From: an uncultured Bacilli bacterium
Lineage (GTDB): Bacteria > Bacillota_I > Bacilli_A > RF39 > UBA660
Length of the DNA: 64,000 nucleotides
Direction: 5' to 3'
Assembly: GCA_934085585.1 (NCBI GenBank)
Contig: CAKOHI010000006.1
Coordinates: 520 to 64,519 of the forward strand
Each line of letters begins with the position of its first letter. The stretch's first letter is position 1. The position numbers were made by a program, and so were the translations under genes. The notes below the pieces were generated by a model. It did no database searches. It was not told where the DNA came from and saw only the letters and a list, made by a program, of their open reading frames with translations. Shown here piece by piece: positions 27,010 to 36,471 of this stretch.

Positions 27010-29550
27010 TCATATATTTTCATCTTTAATAACATCAATTATATTTTCATTTCTTGTTTTTCTTAAAGCAAAATGCATAATTAAACTAACTAAAATATAA
27101 ACAACTAATATTGCAATTATAATTGCTTGCCATGGAAATAAATATCCATAATCACTACCATTTGCAAATGCCTTATAAATAGCAAATGAACCTAATATAC
27201 CTAAAGGAATACCAATAATTAATGCTTTCGTAGAATACATAATTGATTCTAAATTAATCATTTTATTAAATTCATTTTTAGTCATACCAATAGACTTAAG
27301 CATAGCAAACTCTCTTCTTCTTAAATTCATATTAGTGCTTATTGTATTAATAATATTAGTAACACCTATTAAACTGATAACAATAATAAAACCATACAAG
27401 AAAATTGCTACTAAAATAATTAAACTTCTTTGAGCCTTAGCTTCTGTTTCAATATTAAACAAATTATAATTAGTAATATCATTATCAAGTAAATATTCTT
27501 TAATTAAACTTTCTAGTTTTTCTGCATCTGTTGATTTAATATACAGGCTTTTTGAATCAGTAGCCGTTATATTATAATTAAATACAATATAATCATAAAA
27601 TTCATCACTTACTATAATCATTGGAGTTTCACTATATACATTTTGAAGTCCCATTGGTAAGATATCAATTCTTTTTATAATTCCAATACTTAAATCTTTA
27701 TTATTAATAGAACCAGTTACAGTTTTAAATTTATTTAAATCAAATAAATTTACTTCCTTATAATTTTTACTACCTTCTTGATAAAAAATATTTTTATCAA
27801 TTAATAAACCTTTATAATTAAAATTACTTTCATCAACTTTATTGTCTTTAAGTATTCTTTTAAACTCAGTTTCTCCAACAGACATAATTCTAAGGGACAA
27901 ATCATTTACATCATCAAAAAATTTTAATACATCATCATTATAATATTTTTTATAATCAAATGTCATACTTACGCTTTTATTTATACTATACCTAGTAATT
28001 GTATCTAATTTTTCTATATCAGCAAATATTCTAGATGTTTTATCTTCATCGGTATCTCTTATATATAATTGAATATCGTAATTAATATCTTTATAATATT
28101 GATTAGATAACTTAAAACCATAACTCAAAAATGTTGATAAAGAAATAAATACAGCAACACTTATTACAATTGATATAATCGTAGTTTTATTTCTTTTTTT
28201 ATTTCTCTTTAAATTCTTATAGGCAATATCTCCACCGACGCCAAATAATTTATCAACTAACTTAGATGACTTAATCTTTTTACTATTAATTTTTATTTCA
28301 TTATTATTTCTAATAGCTTCAATTGGTGAAATTTTACTACTCTTTTTGGCAGCTCTAAGTACTGACAAATATATTGTAAGACTTCCTAAAACAGCACTTA
28401 AAATAACTGGCCAAATAGATATACTAAATACAAATTTAAAATCATCAGAAGTATACTTAGCAAAATAATTTATTATAATAACAAGTATATAATCAGCAAG
28501 TATACCTGATAATATACCTAACGGAATACCAATTAGACCAAGAATAAAACCTTCATGTAAAACATTTTTCTTTATTTGTTTACTTGTTGCTCCAACACTA
28601 GAAAGCATACCATACATCTTTTTCTTCTCTTGATTAGCAATATCAAAACTATTTTTTATAACAAATACACTAGTAAGTATTATAATACCTATTACTACAC
28701 CCGCAACAGCATATAACATATTCATTGTTCTATCACTTAAACTAACGCCACTCCACCTTAAAAGTTCATCATTTAAAGTAATATTATATTTATTTAAATC
28801 TTTATCATTTGCTATATTATTTATATATTCTTTATAATATCCAGCATCTTTAAATAATAATGAGACATTTATATTATCACTTACATTATCTATTTTAGTA
28901 ATTACTGTATAACCTGGAGCACTATATCCTTCAATATTATAATTTAATCTCTCCGTAATACCTACAATTTTATATTCATGTTTACTTGTATCAGTTATAT
29001 ATTCATGACAAAGATCAGTTTCTCCTTCTTCCACATAATATGGATTACTTTGGTTAAGAATAGTTCCATCCATACATACTCTTTTTCCAATATCTAAACT
29101 AATTGTATCACCTAGTTTTACCTTAGCATTATTTTGAAATGGTACGCTAACTACGATTTCTCCACTATCCTGAGGAAGTCTACCTGAAATTATTTTTAAT
29201 GTTGTATTATCAAAAGCCGATTTTGTATATCCCACAACATAAGCATAAGGCTTATATTCATTCATATTATCATATTTTGCATAACCTAAAGTTTCTGTTA
29301 AATAAATACTTTTAACATGACTATTATTTGTAAAGTATTTTAAATCTTTTTTACTTACATTTTCAATTGTTAAATGTCTATTTCCTCCATCTGTAATAGC
29401 TATATTTACTAAAGTTGCTTGAAATGATGTAACCATACCAGCTACTGCACAAATTAAAGCAACAGAAAGCATAATACCTATTATTGTTACTATTGTTCTT
29501 TTTTTATTTAATTTTAAATTTTTAATAGTTAAATTATTTAATACATTCAT
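27010..29550 (-). CDS. ABC transporter permease, tandem FtsX/MacB-type with two large extracytoplasmic domains
   Basis: 846 aa. The pattern TM1, ~230-aa outside domain, three TM occurs twice. The first half ends with SPIEAIRN, typical of FtsX-domain permeases. Confidence 0.85.
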   Translation of the reverse strand: MNVLNNLTIKNLKLNKKRTIVTIIGIMLSVALICAVAGMVTSFQATLVNIAITDGGNRHLTIENVSKKDLKYFTNNSHVKSIYLTETLGYAKYDNMNEYKPYAYVVGYTKSAFDNTTLKIISGRLPQDSGEIVVSVPFQNNAKVKLGDTISLDIGKRVCMDGTILNQSNPYYVEEGETDLCHEYITDTSKHEYKIVGITERLNYNIEGYSAPGYTVITKIDNVSDNINVSLLFKDAGYYKEYINNIANDKDLNKYNITLNDELLRWSGVSLSDRTMNMLYAVAGVVIGIIILTSVFVIKNSFDIANQEKKKMYGMLSSVGATSKQIKKNVLHEGFILGLIGIPLGILSGILADYILVIIINYFAKYTSDDFKFVFSISIWPVILSAVLGSLTIYLSVLRAAKKSSKISPIEAIRNNNEIKINSKKIKSSKLVDKLFGVGGDIAYKNLKRNKKRNKTTIISIVISVAVFISLSTFLSYGFKLSNQYYKDINYDIQLYIRDTDEDKTSRIFADIEKLDTITRYSINKSVSMTFDYKKYYNDDVLKFFDDVNDLSLRIMSVGETEFKRILKDNKVDESNFNYKGLLIDKNIFYQEGSKNYKEVNLFDLNKFKTVTGSINNKDLSIGIIKRIDILPMGLQNVYSETPMIIVSDEFYDYIVFNYNITATDSKSLYIKSTDAEKLESLIKEYLLDNDITNYNLFNIETEAKAQRSLIILVAIFLYGFIIVISLIGVTNIINTISTNMNLRRREFAMLKSIGMTKNEFNKMINLESIMYSTKALIIGIPLGILGSFAIYKAFANGSDYGYLFPWQAIIIAILVVYILVSLIMHFALRKTRNENIIDVIKDENI

Positions 29551-29552
29551 AA

Positions 29553-30230
29553 TTAATTCCTTACATCACTAACTATTTTTCCATCTTCAATAGTAATAAC
29601 TCTATTTGCAACACTTGCAATATCAGGATCATGTGTAATAACAATAATAGTTTGTTTATATTTTTTATTTGACTCTTTTAATAAAGCTACGATTTCATCA
29701 CTAGCCTTGGAATCCAAGTTTCCTGTTGGTTCATCCGCTAAAACTAATGCTGGATTATTAATAATAGCTCTTCCAATTGAAACTCTTTGTTGTTGACCTC
29801 CCGATAACTCATTTGGCAAATGTTTTCTTCTGGCACTTAAACCTAAAGTATCAATGATTTCATTTAGTCTATCATTACTTACATTTTTGCCATCCAATTT
29901 ACAAGGAAGAACAATATTTTCTTCAACATTTAAAATTGGTATTAAATTATAAAATTGATAAATTAATCCAACTTGTCTTCTTCTAAAGATTGCTAAAGCA
30001 TCATTATTCATACTATAAATATCTACATTATCAATAAATACTTTACCACTCGTTGGTCTATCAACACCTCCAAGCAAATGTAAAAGGGTAGATTTTCCAC
30101 TACCACTGGCCCCAACAATAGCTACAAAATCGCCTTTTTCCACACTAAAACTTATATTATCAACAGCATTAATCGTAGAATTACCATTTTTATAAGTTTT
30201 AACTAAATTTTCAACTTTTAATATATCCAT
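29553..30230 (-). CDS. ABC transporter ATP-binding protein (MacB/LolD-like)
   Basis: Walker A GASGSGKST, signature LSGGQQQR, Walker B LVLADEPTGNLD. Confidence 0.95.
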   Translation of the reverse strand: MDILKVENLVKTYKNGNSTINAVDNISFSVEKGDFVAIVGASGSGKSTLLHLLGGVDRPTSGKVFIDNVDIYSMNNDALAIFRRRQVGLIYQFYNLIPILNVEENIVLPCKLDGKNVSNDRLNEIIDTLGLSARRKHLPNELSGGQQQRVSIGRAIINNPALVLADEPTGNLDSKASDEIVALLKESNKKYKQTIIVITHDPDIASVANRVITIEDGKIVSDVRN

Positions 30231-30272
30231 TTTTCTTCACCCATTAACATCATATTATTTTATTATGACTCT

Positions 30273-30294
30273 AAAGTGACTAAGCCATCACTTT
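30273..30294. promoter_or_regulatory. Inverted repeat upstream of the ABC operon, candidate regulator site
   Basis: AAAGTGA-N8-TCACTTT, ~45-65 nt upstream of the ATPase start codon and next to -10-like hexamers CATAAT/TAATAT on the minus strand. Confidence 0.35.
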
Positions 30295-30378
30295 TAAAAT
30301 TTATTTTATCATTTATACCAATTATTAACAATATATTTTAACCTACTTATGCCATAATAATACTGAAAGGTGGTTTAT

Positions 30379-30567
30379 ATGACTGAAAAAGATTTATTAT
30401 ATTTAAGTGATGCCTTCAATTGGAACTTAATTGCTTTAAAAAAATATAAAGTTTATGAAGAATTCACCACAGATAAAACAACAAAGCTAATAGAAAAGTT
30501 AATTAAATTACATGAAGATAATTGCAATGAGATATTATCTATGTTAAAGGAGAATAACAATGAGTGA
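30379..30567 (+). CDS. Small protein, Coat F-like (tentative)
   Basis: 62 aa from the ATG at 30379 (AAAGGTGG RBS). 8-nt overlap with the next gene. N-terminus EKDLLYLSDAFNW resembles the start of Coat F domains. Confidence 0.45.
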   Translation: MTEKDLLYLSDAFNWNLIALKKYKVYEEFTTDKTTKLIEKLIKLHEDNCNEILSMLKENNNE

Positions 30568-30811
30568 TAAAGATTATTTATTAGAAATGTTAACTACTGA
30601 AAAAAACATATCAGTAAATTTGGTATATGCTTTAAACGAAGCAAGTAATAAAGATATTTATGATTTATATTTTAAAATGTTTAAAGATATAAATAAGTTA
30701 ACAAAAGACATTTATGAAGAATGCGTAAATAAAGGATATTATCAAAAAAATAATATTCAAGAAAAAAAGATAATTGATGCATATAACCAATTATCTCAAG
30801 AATTAAATTAG
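30560..30811 (+). CDS. Coat F domain spore coat protein (tentative)
   Basis: 83 aa. DKDYLLEMLTTEKNISVNLVYALNEASNKDIYDLYFKMFKD follows the D..iL.D.L...K.....Y..A..E pattern of CotF-type proteins. Confidence 0.55.
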   Translation: MSDKDYLLEMLTTEKNISVNLVYALNEASNKDIYDLYFKMFKDINKLTKDIYEECVNKGYYQKNNIQEKKIIDAYNQLSQELN

Positions 30812-30821
30812 AAGAACAAGA

Positions 30822-31721
30822 TTACTGTTCTTCTTTTAATTTAACTACTTCATCGTAAGTAAGATTAGTTACTTTAGAAATCAACTCTATATCACAATTT
30901 TCACTTAACATGGCTTTTGCGATATCTTGTTTACTTTGTTCTCGACCTTCAGTTAGTCCTTGCTCACGGCCTTCAGTTAGACCTTGTTCACGACCTTCAG
31001 CTAATGCTCTTTGTCTTTCCTCTTCTCTTGAATCTTCATCTTCTAATATTTCTCTGTTATAAAAAAGCAATTTATCAAATTCATCTGTTTGGGTATTTAC
31101 TTCTCTGATTATCTTGGCCATAAACTCATCTCCATCATATACTTCTTTCATCTTTTCTTTATCATTACATATAAGCAAATAAAGTAATTTCTCTAAAGAC
31201 TCTTTGTCTTCCTTAACTATAGTATAATCTTTATCAAGAATTTTTGCAAGATTTATATCGTATATTTCAAACATTGGATGGATTTCTTCGTGTGATTCTA
31301 TATCAAGTATCTTACTTATTACAACAAATCTCTTATCTTTAGTTACACCATAAGTATTCAAGTTTATTTGGTACACTTTCTTATACTTATTAGTGTAATC
31401 TGAAGATTTTTTTGTTTGTCTTAAAACCAACTGACAAATATAATTATTATTTTTTCTTTCTATTTTACTTCCTTTTGAACTATTTATTTCAATATTAACT
31501 ATTACTTCATCATTTTGTATTGCTAAATCTATTTCACTATTAACAATGTTTTCATTAACACTTACAACGGGATGAATTAAAGTAAAAGTAAAATCTTCAT
31601 ATGAAAAGCCTAAAACCTTACAAACAATCATCGCCAGATAATCAAGTCCAGCATCCGTAGATGTCAAAATATTTTTGATAATTGAATCTCTCGAAGGCAC
31701 TTCTTTTATCTTGAGAGTCAT
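30822..31721 (-). CDS. Rpn-family recombination-promoting nuclease / PD-(D/E)XK putative transposase
   Basis: 299 aa. N-terminal nuclease-like core (SEIDLAIQNDEVIVNIEINS). C-terminal tail of three LTEGREQG repeats followed by IAKAMLSENCDIELISKVTNLTYDEVVKL, the characteristic tail of this family. Confidence 0.7.
   Translation of the reverse strand: MTLKIKEVPSRDSIIKNILTSTDAGLDYLAMIVCKVLGFSYEDFTFTLIHPVVSVNENIVNSEIDLAIQNDEVIVNIEINSSKGSKIERKNNNYICQLVLRQTKKSSDYTNKYKKVYQINLNTYGVTKDKRFVVISKILDIESHEEIHPMFEIYDINLAKILDKDYTIVKEDKESLEKLLYLLICNDKEKMKEVYDGDEFMAKIIREVNTQTDEFDKLLFYNREILEDEDSREEERQRALAEGREQGLTEGREQGLTEGREQSKQDIAKAMLSENCDIELISKVTNLTYDEVVKLKEEQ
30936..31007. repeat. 3 x 24-bp tandem repeat inside the Rpn-family gene
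   Basis: ttgttctcgaccttcagttagtcc / ttgctcacggccttcagttagacc / ttgttcacgaccttcagctaatgc. In frame, encoding the (A/L)(L/T)(A/T)EGREQG units. Confidence 0.85.
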
Positions 31722-31747
31722 TTTTCCACCTCCTTTCTTGAATGTCT

Positions 31748-31786
31748 ATTATACATGCAATTTTTTTTACTGCAACAAGTTCGACA
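31748..31786 (-). promoter_or_regulatory. Promoter of the Rpn-family gene with a perfect Spo0A (0A) box, copy B
   Basis: Minus strand reads TGTCGAA (31786-31780), 4 nt, TTGCAG (31775-31770), a 16-nt spacer containing A8, then TATAAT (31753-31748). The GGAGG RBS and ATG (31721) follow. Confidence 0.55.
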
Positions 31787-31845
31787 AAACAAGTCAAAAG
31801 GTTACAAAGAATAATTATCAGATATACATTTGTATACACATTTTG
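31761..31845. repeat. Dispersed ~85-nt repeat, copy B (partner 10111-10195)
   Basis: See copy A. Confidence 0.75.
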
Positions 31846-32245
31846 CAATTTGTGATATACACTTTTTTACGCATCTAAATAAAGTAAACTCTAGCTTTAG
31901 ATAAATTTTTAAGTCTACTAATTTTAATATAACTTTGTGTTGAGGTAAAAACAAGACCATACAATGAACTACATATAGAAATCCAACCAAACATTAAAAT
32001 TACTTCTTTTAAAACACTTGCAAAACCCGTGTAAGGATAATGAATGCTAACTCTAAAGTTAATAACATAGCTTTTTTATCTTGTTCCTTTTCATATGTAT
32101 AAAGAAGTTCCTTTATTTGAATACCGAAATTCTTTCTTATTATATCAATCATATCTTGTTTTTCATTATCACTTATTTTTGCATTTGAAAATCGATATAA
32201 AAATCTCTTTTTTTATTTAAATTAACTAATATCTTCGTATTCATA

Positions 32246-32620
32246 TCATAAACCTCTTTTTAAAATACATCCATTTATAAAAATATTTTCTCCATTAATT
32301 AATATATTTTCTTTTTCCATACTTATCATATTTGAATATATTAACCACCAAATTTTATCTTCCAATGATGTATTTTCAATTTTTTTAGCCTCTTCATCAA
32401 TTAAAATCATATCCCCAATAATTATAGGCCCTCTAAAAACAGGAATTTTTTTCATTGATAAATTTTTCATTAATTCATACAAATAAACAAAAGTCTCTCC
32501 AAAACCCAAATTAGATTCCAAAGTTATAATTATGTTTTCATTATACTCTTTATAAATCTTTTCTATATATTTTTCTAAATCAAATCTATTTTCTCTATTT
32601 AATGTATTTACTACCCACAT
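32246..32620 (-). CDS. Hypothetical protein
   Basis: 124 aa ORF with no recognisable motif. Its TGA stop sits in TGATATGA, with the ATG of a short downstream ORF 1 nt after the stop. Confidence 0.45.
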   Translation of the reverse strand: MWVVNTLNRENRFDLEKYIEKIYKEYNENIIITLESNLGFGETFVYLYELMKNLSMKKIPVFRGPIIIGDMILIDEEAKKIENTSLEDKIWWLIYSNMISMEKENILINGENIFINGCILKRGL

Positions 32621-32729
32621 AACACTACCCTCTATATAAGTATACTATGTTTTATTAATTATTTAAAGCAAATTTTCCAAGTATTTACAAAGAATACTTA
32701 TTATAGTATAATTTTTTTGTGGTGACATA

Positions 32730-34649
32730 ATGAAAAAAATTATTAAAAAGAAAAAGAAAAAACAAAATTTTAACATAAAAAAAGTAATAACTAATGTAAC
32801 AAATTTTTTTAAAAAATATTATTATGTTTTATTATTAGCTTTACCATTTATTTTAATAGACTTATTTACAAGATATAAAGTTAAATTCTATGGTTTATTA
32901 AAACCAGTTCCAAATCTTTTTTCTATTTTATGGATTACATTATTTATTTGTATATCACTTTATCCTAAAAAAAAGATTGGGAAAATTATTTATAGCATAT
33001 TTTTTATATTAGCTTTAATAATTTATTTAGTTAATAATGTATATTTTTCTATAACCGGAGTTTTCTTTGACTTTAACATGATTCAACTCGCCGGAGAAGG
33101 ATCAGAATATTTTCTTGATTCCATAAAAAATTGTGATTTGTCAGTCTACTTATTTTTAATTCCCATTTTTATAACATTTATTTTAGCTTTAAAAGTATAT
33201 CCTAAAAATGAAAAAAGAAATTACAAAAGGTTTTTATTTCCTTTTATTGTATTTATTATTACTTACTTAATAACACCATTATTTTTAGGAAAAGCAAATG
33301 AAGAATTAACATGGAGTACATGGAGAAATCCTAGAAATATTTACAATAGTTTTAATGATAATAATAAAGCTATGAAAGTATCAGGTATTTATGAATATAC
33401 GGTAAGAAACTTTTATCTAACTTTCTTAAAAAATAAAAATGTTACAAATGAATTGGATATTGAATTTCTAAAAGAAGAATATAACAAGAAAGTTACAAAA
33501 AATAAAAACAAATACACAGGAAAATATAAAGATAATAATTTAATAATGATTCAACTTGAAGGATTAGATTCTTGGTTAATCAATAAAAATGACACTCCTA
33601 CAATTTATAATATGATGAAAAACAGTATTAATTTTACAAATCATTATTCTTATTATAATGGCGGAGGATCAACATTCAATTCCGAATTTGCAGTAAACAC
33701 AGGATTTATAACTCCCCTTTCTTATACACAAAACGCATATACATTTAATAAAAATTCATTTCCATATAGCCTAGCTCACTTATTTAAAAAAGAAGGTTAT
33801 ACAGTAAATGCCTTTCATATGAATACAAAAGAATATTATTCACGAGGAACAAACTACAAAAACTGGGGTTATGACAATTATTATGGTTTAGTTGATCAAA
33901 ATACATATAAAGATAATTCTTACTATTTAGACAGAGAATTAATTTTAAATGAAGAATTTAAGGATAAATTATTCTCAAGTGATAAATTCGTAGATTATAT
34001 TATAACTTACACTAACCACATGCCTTTTAGCACTGAAAAAGGAAATTGCAAAATGCTACTTGATTTAGACAAAGAAACAAATGAAAATGTAAACTTCGAT
34101 TTAAATGAAGAAGATTGTGCAAGAAGACAAGCAAAAGAAACTGATTACATGGTTGAACTTTTACTTAATGAATTAAAAGAAAGAGATTTAATTGATAAAA
34201 CAACTATTGTTGTTTTTACAGACCATTACCTATATACTTTATCAGACAAATCTATTTTAGATAAGTATAAAAACACAAGTAACAATTTAATAAATCATAC
34301 TCCATTCTTTATATGGAATAATAACAAAGATAAAAAAACAATAAAAACAGTTACCTCACAATTAAATATTTTACCAACAGTTCTTAATTTACTTGGAATA
34401 GACTATAATCCAAATTATTATATCGGAGAAGATGCTTTAAATAATAATTATCAAAAAATCGTATTCTTTAGTGACTATTCATGGTATGACGGTAATGTAT
34501 ATGTTGATGGAGGCCTAGTAACTAATAATAGATATATCAAACCAGATGTTCTAGAAGAAAAAAACTACTATGTAAATTATTTAATAAAGAAAAATGATTT
34601 AACTCTAAAATATAATTATTTTAAAGAAATAGAAAAAGGCTCGCAATGA
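32730..34649 (+). CDS. LTA synthase family protein (membrane-anchored sulfatase-fold phosphoglycerol transferase)
   Basis: 639 aa. Five N-terminal TM helices, then an extracellular sulfatase-type domain (MIQLEGLDSW, GGGSTFNSEFAVNTGF, FTDHY). Confidence 0.8.
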   Translation: MKKIIKKKKKKQNFNIKKVITNVTNFFKKYYYVLLLALPFILIDLFTRYKVKFYGLLKPVPNLFSILWITLFICISLYPKKKIGKIIYSIFFILALIIYLVNNVYFSITGVFFDFNMIQLAGEGSEYFLDSIKNCDLSVYLFLIPIFITFILALKVYPKNEKRNYKRFLFPFIVFIITYLITPLFLGKANEELTWSTWRNPRNIYNSFNDNNKAMKVSGIYEYTVRNFYLTFLKNKNVTNELDIEFLKEEYNKKVTKNKNKYTGKYKDNNLIMIQLEGLDSWLINKNDTPTIYNMMKNSINFTNHYSYYNGGGSTFNSEFAVNTGFITPLSYTQNAYTFNKNSFPYSLAHLFKKEGYTVNAFHMNTKEYYSRGTNYKNWGYDNYYGLVDQNTYKDNSYYLDRELILNEEFKDKLFSSDKFVDYIITYTNHMPFSTEKGNCKMLLDLDKETNENVNFDLNEEDCARRQAKETDYMVELLLNELKERDLIDKTTIVVFTDHYLYTLSDKSILDKYKNTSNNLINHTPFFIWNNNKDKKTIKTVTSQLNILPTVLNLLGIDYNPNYYIGEDALNNNYQKIVFFSDYSWYDGNVYVDGGLVTNNRYIKPDVLEEKNYYVNYLIKKNDLTLKYNYFKEIEKGSQ

Positions 34650-34672
34650 GTCTTTTAATATGAATTAATTGT

Positions 34673-34915
34673 CTATAAGTCTTCTCTATCAATCTCTAAA
34701 AATATATCATCATTAAAAAATTCTGCTAAAGATATATTTAACCCATCACAAATTCTAACAACTGTGAGTAATTTAGGATTTTTAGAATTACAATTTACTA
34801 AATTTTCAACTGTACTCTGTGTTAAACAACTAATCGAAGCTAGTTTATTAACTGATATATTTTTATTTTTACATATATTTAATAGTTTAGTTGAAATAGC
34901 TTTATTAATTTTCAT
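34673..34915 (-). CDS. XRE-family helix-turn-helix protein
   Basis: 80 aa. ISVNKLASISCLTQSTVENL is a Cro/C1-type HTH. Confidence 0.75.
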   Translation of the reverse strand: MKINKAISTKLLNICKNKNISVNKLASISCLTQSTVENLVNCNSKNPKLLTVVRICDGLNISLAEFFNDDIFLEIDREDL

Positions 34916-34925
34916 ATAACCTTTT

Positions 34926-36425
34926 CTAATTTTTATTTAAATCATCAATAGTAACTTTACTTTCATGAGGTATAGGTTTCCATTCAACTTTCATAAATAA
35001 TGCCACATATGTTGCATATCTTCCGATAATGTCGAAGGTTGGCCATGTCAATGTATAGAGCATTTTTTTCCAAATTGACATTTTTTTAATATTTTTATGT
35101 TCTACAATAAATAAATATATTGCTATCCACATATTTTCAATATACATACCAATTCTAAATAATATCCTTAACCAAATAGATAAACCTATTCCTGCAAATA
35201 ACGCATTAACACCAGCATTCATACTCACCTTTATTGTAAAGAAGTATCTTAAAGCTTGTGCTAAATAAGTACCTCCACCAAAAATATTTACATCTAAAAC
35301 TCCAACATTATAACAATAACATCCATACATAACTACAATAACAATTAACCATCTAGCAATATTAAATACTGAAAATGGTGTAAGTTGCATTAATGTATCA
35401 TATGAAGCAAATCTATGTCTTATATTTTCAATTATGTTTAATAAAAATCCTTTAAATGATTTAGCTTTTTTCTTTTTATTTACAGAATTTTCACCCCATT
35501 TAGTTCTAATGTACCATTTTCCTAAAAATATATTAATAAATAAATAAGGTCCAGATTCCACAAAAGCTTGTAAATGTCCTTTTGCCCATCTTGTTCTTTG
35601 TCGTAATGCCACTTTTAAACTAATTGGTTGTTCATCATAAAACATTGCTTCATTTTGATAAGTTATTTGATATCCTTGAGCAACAGCATCTGCAGTTAAT
35701 GCTCTATCTTCTGTCAAAGATGTATAATGCCAACCATTTTTAACTATCTCATTTGTAAATAAAAAACCAGTTCCTTGTATATTCGTAGCTAAATGTAAAA
35801 CACTTCTAGCTCTATGATTATATCTAATTGATCTAATCCAATGCAGTGCATAAGTTGATGCAATCCAATTTTCATCAAAATTCTTTGTATTTCTATATGA
35901 TGTAATTATTTTTTCTCCAGAATCAAAAGCATCATTCATTTTAGTTACATAATCACTTTTAAGTAAATTATCAGCATCAAAAACAAAATAACCTTCAAAA
36001 TTCATTCTTCCATAATCTTCTTCGATTCTATCAAACAAAAACTCTAACGCATAACCTTTAGTTCTATGTGCATCATCAAATCTCTCATAACATATAGCAC
36101 CATGCTTCCTTGCCACTTTAGCAGTAGAATCAGTACAATTATCTGCCACAACAAATACTGTTAACAAATCCTTTGGATAATCTTGCTTATTAATACTATC
36201 AAGTAGATTTCCAATAACCTTTTCTTCATTTCTAGCAGCTATCACTATCCCATATTTATGTTTTTTCTTTGCAGGCTTAAATTTTCTAGTAAAGAAGAAG
36301 CCAATAATCCAATACAATGTTTTATAAGCTAGCATCGCACTTAAAACACTACTTATAATATAATAAACATTTTTCCAATCTATATAAGCATCTCCGATAA
36401 CACTAATAATATTACATAAACTCAT
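34926..36425 (-). CDS. Family 2 glycosyltransferase, processive membrane-embedded synthase type
   Basis: 499 aa. N-terminal TM, GT-A core (IAARNEEKVIGNLLDSI, VVADNCTD, FDADN), the Q-x-x-RW motif as QRTRWAKG, and 4-5 C-terminal TM helices. Confidence 0.8.
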   Translation of the reverse strand: MSLCNIISVIGDAYIDWKNVYYIISSVLSAMLAYKTLYWIIGFFFTRKFKPAKKKHKYGIVIAARNEEKVIGNLLDSINKQDYPKDLLTVFVVADNCTDSTAKVARKHGAICYERFDDAHRTKGYALEFLFDRIEEDYGRMNFEGYFVFDADNLLKSDYVTKMNDAFDSGEKIITSYRNTKNFDENWIASTYALHWIRSIRYNHRARSVLHLATNIQGTGFLFTNEIVKNGWHYTSLTEDRALTADAVAQGYQITYQNEAMFYDEQPISLKVALRQRTRWAKGHLQAFVESGPYLFINIFLGKWYIRTKWGENSVNKKKKAKSFKGFLLNIIENIRHRFASYDTLMQLTPFSVFNIARWLIVIVVMYGCYCYNVGVLDVNIFGGGTYLAQALRYFFTIKVSMNAGVNALFAGIGLSIWLRILFRIGMYIENMWIAIYLFIVEHKNIKKMSIWKKMLYTLTWPTFDIIGRYATYVALFMKVEWKPIPHESKVTIDDLNKN

Positions 36426-36471
36426 AAATACCTCTTTAATTAATAAATAAATTATATCTTACTAATAATTT

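Noticed and set aside
30936-31007. 24-bp tandem repeats as a possible CRISPR-like or minisatellite array
   Set aside because: The units are contiguous without spacers, number only three, and are in frame within a coding sequence where they encode a known repeat tail. No cas genes are present.
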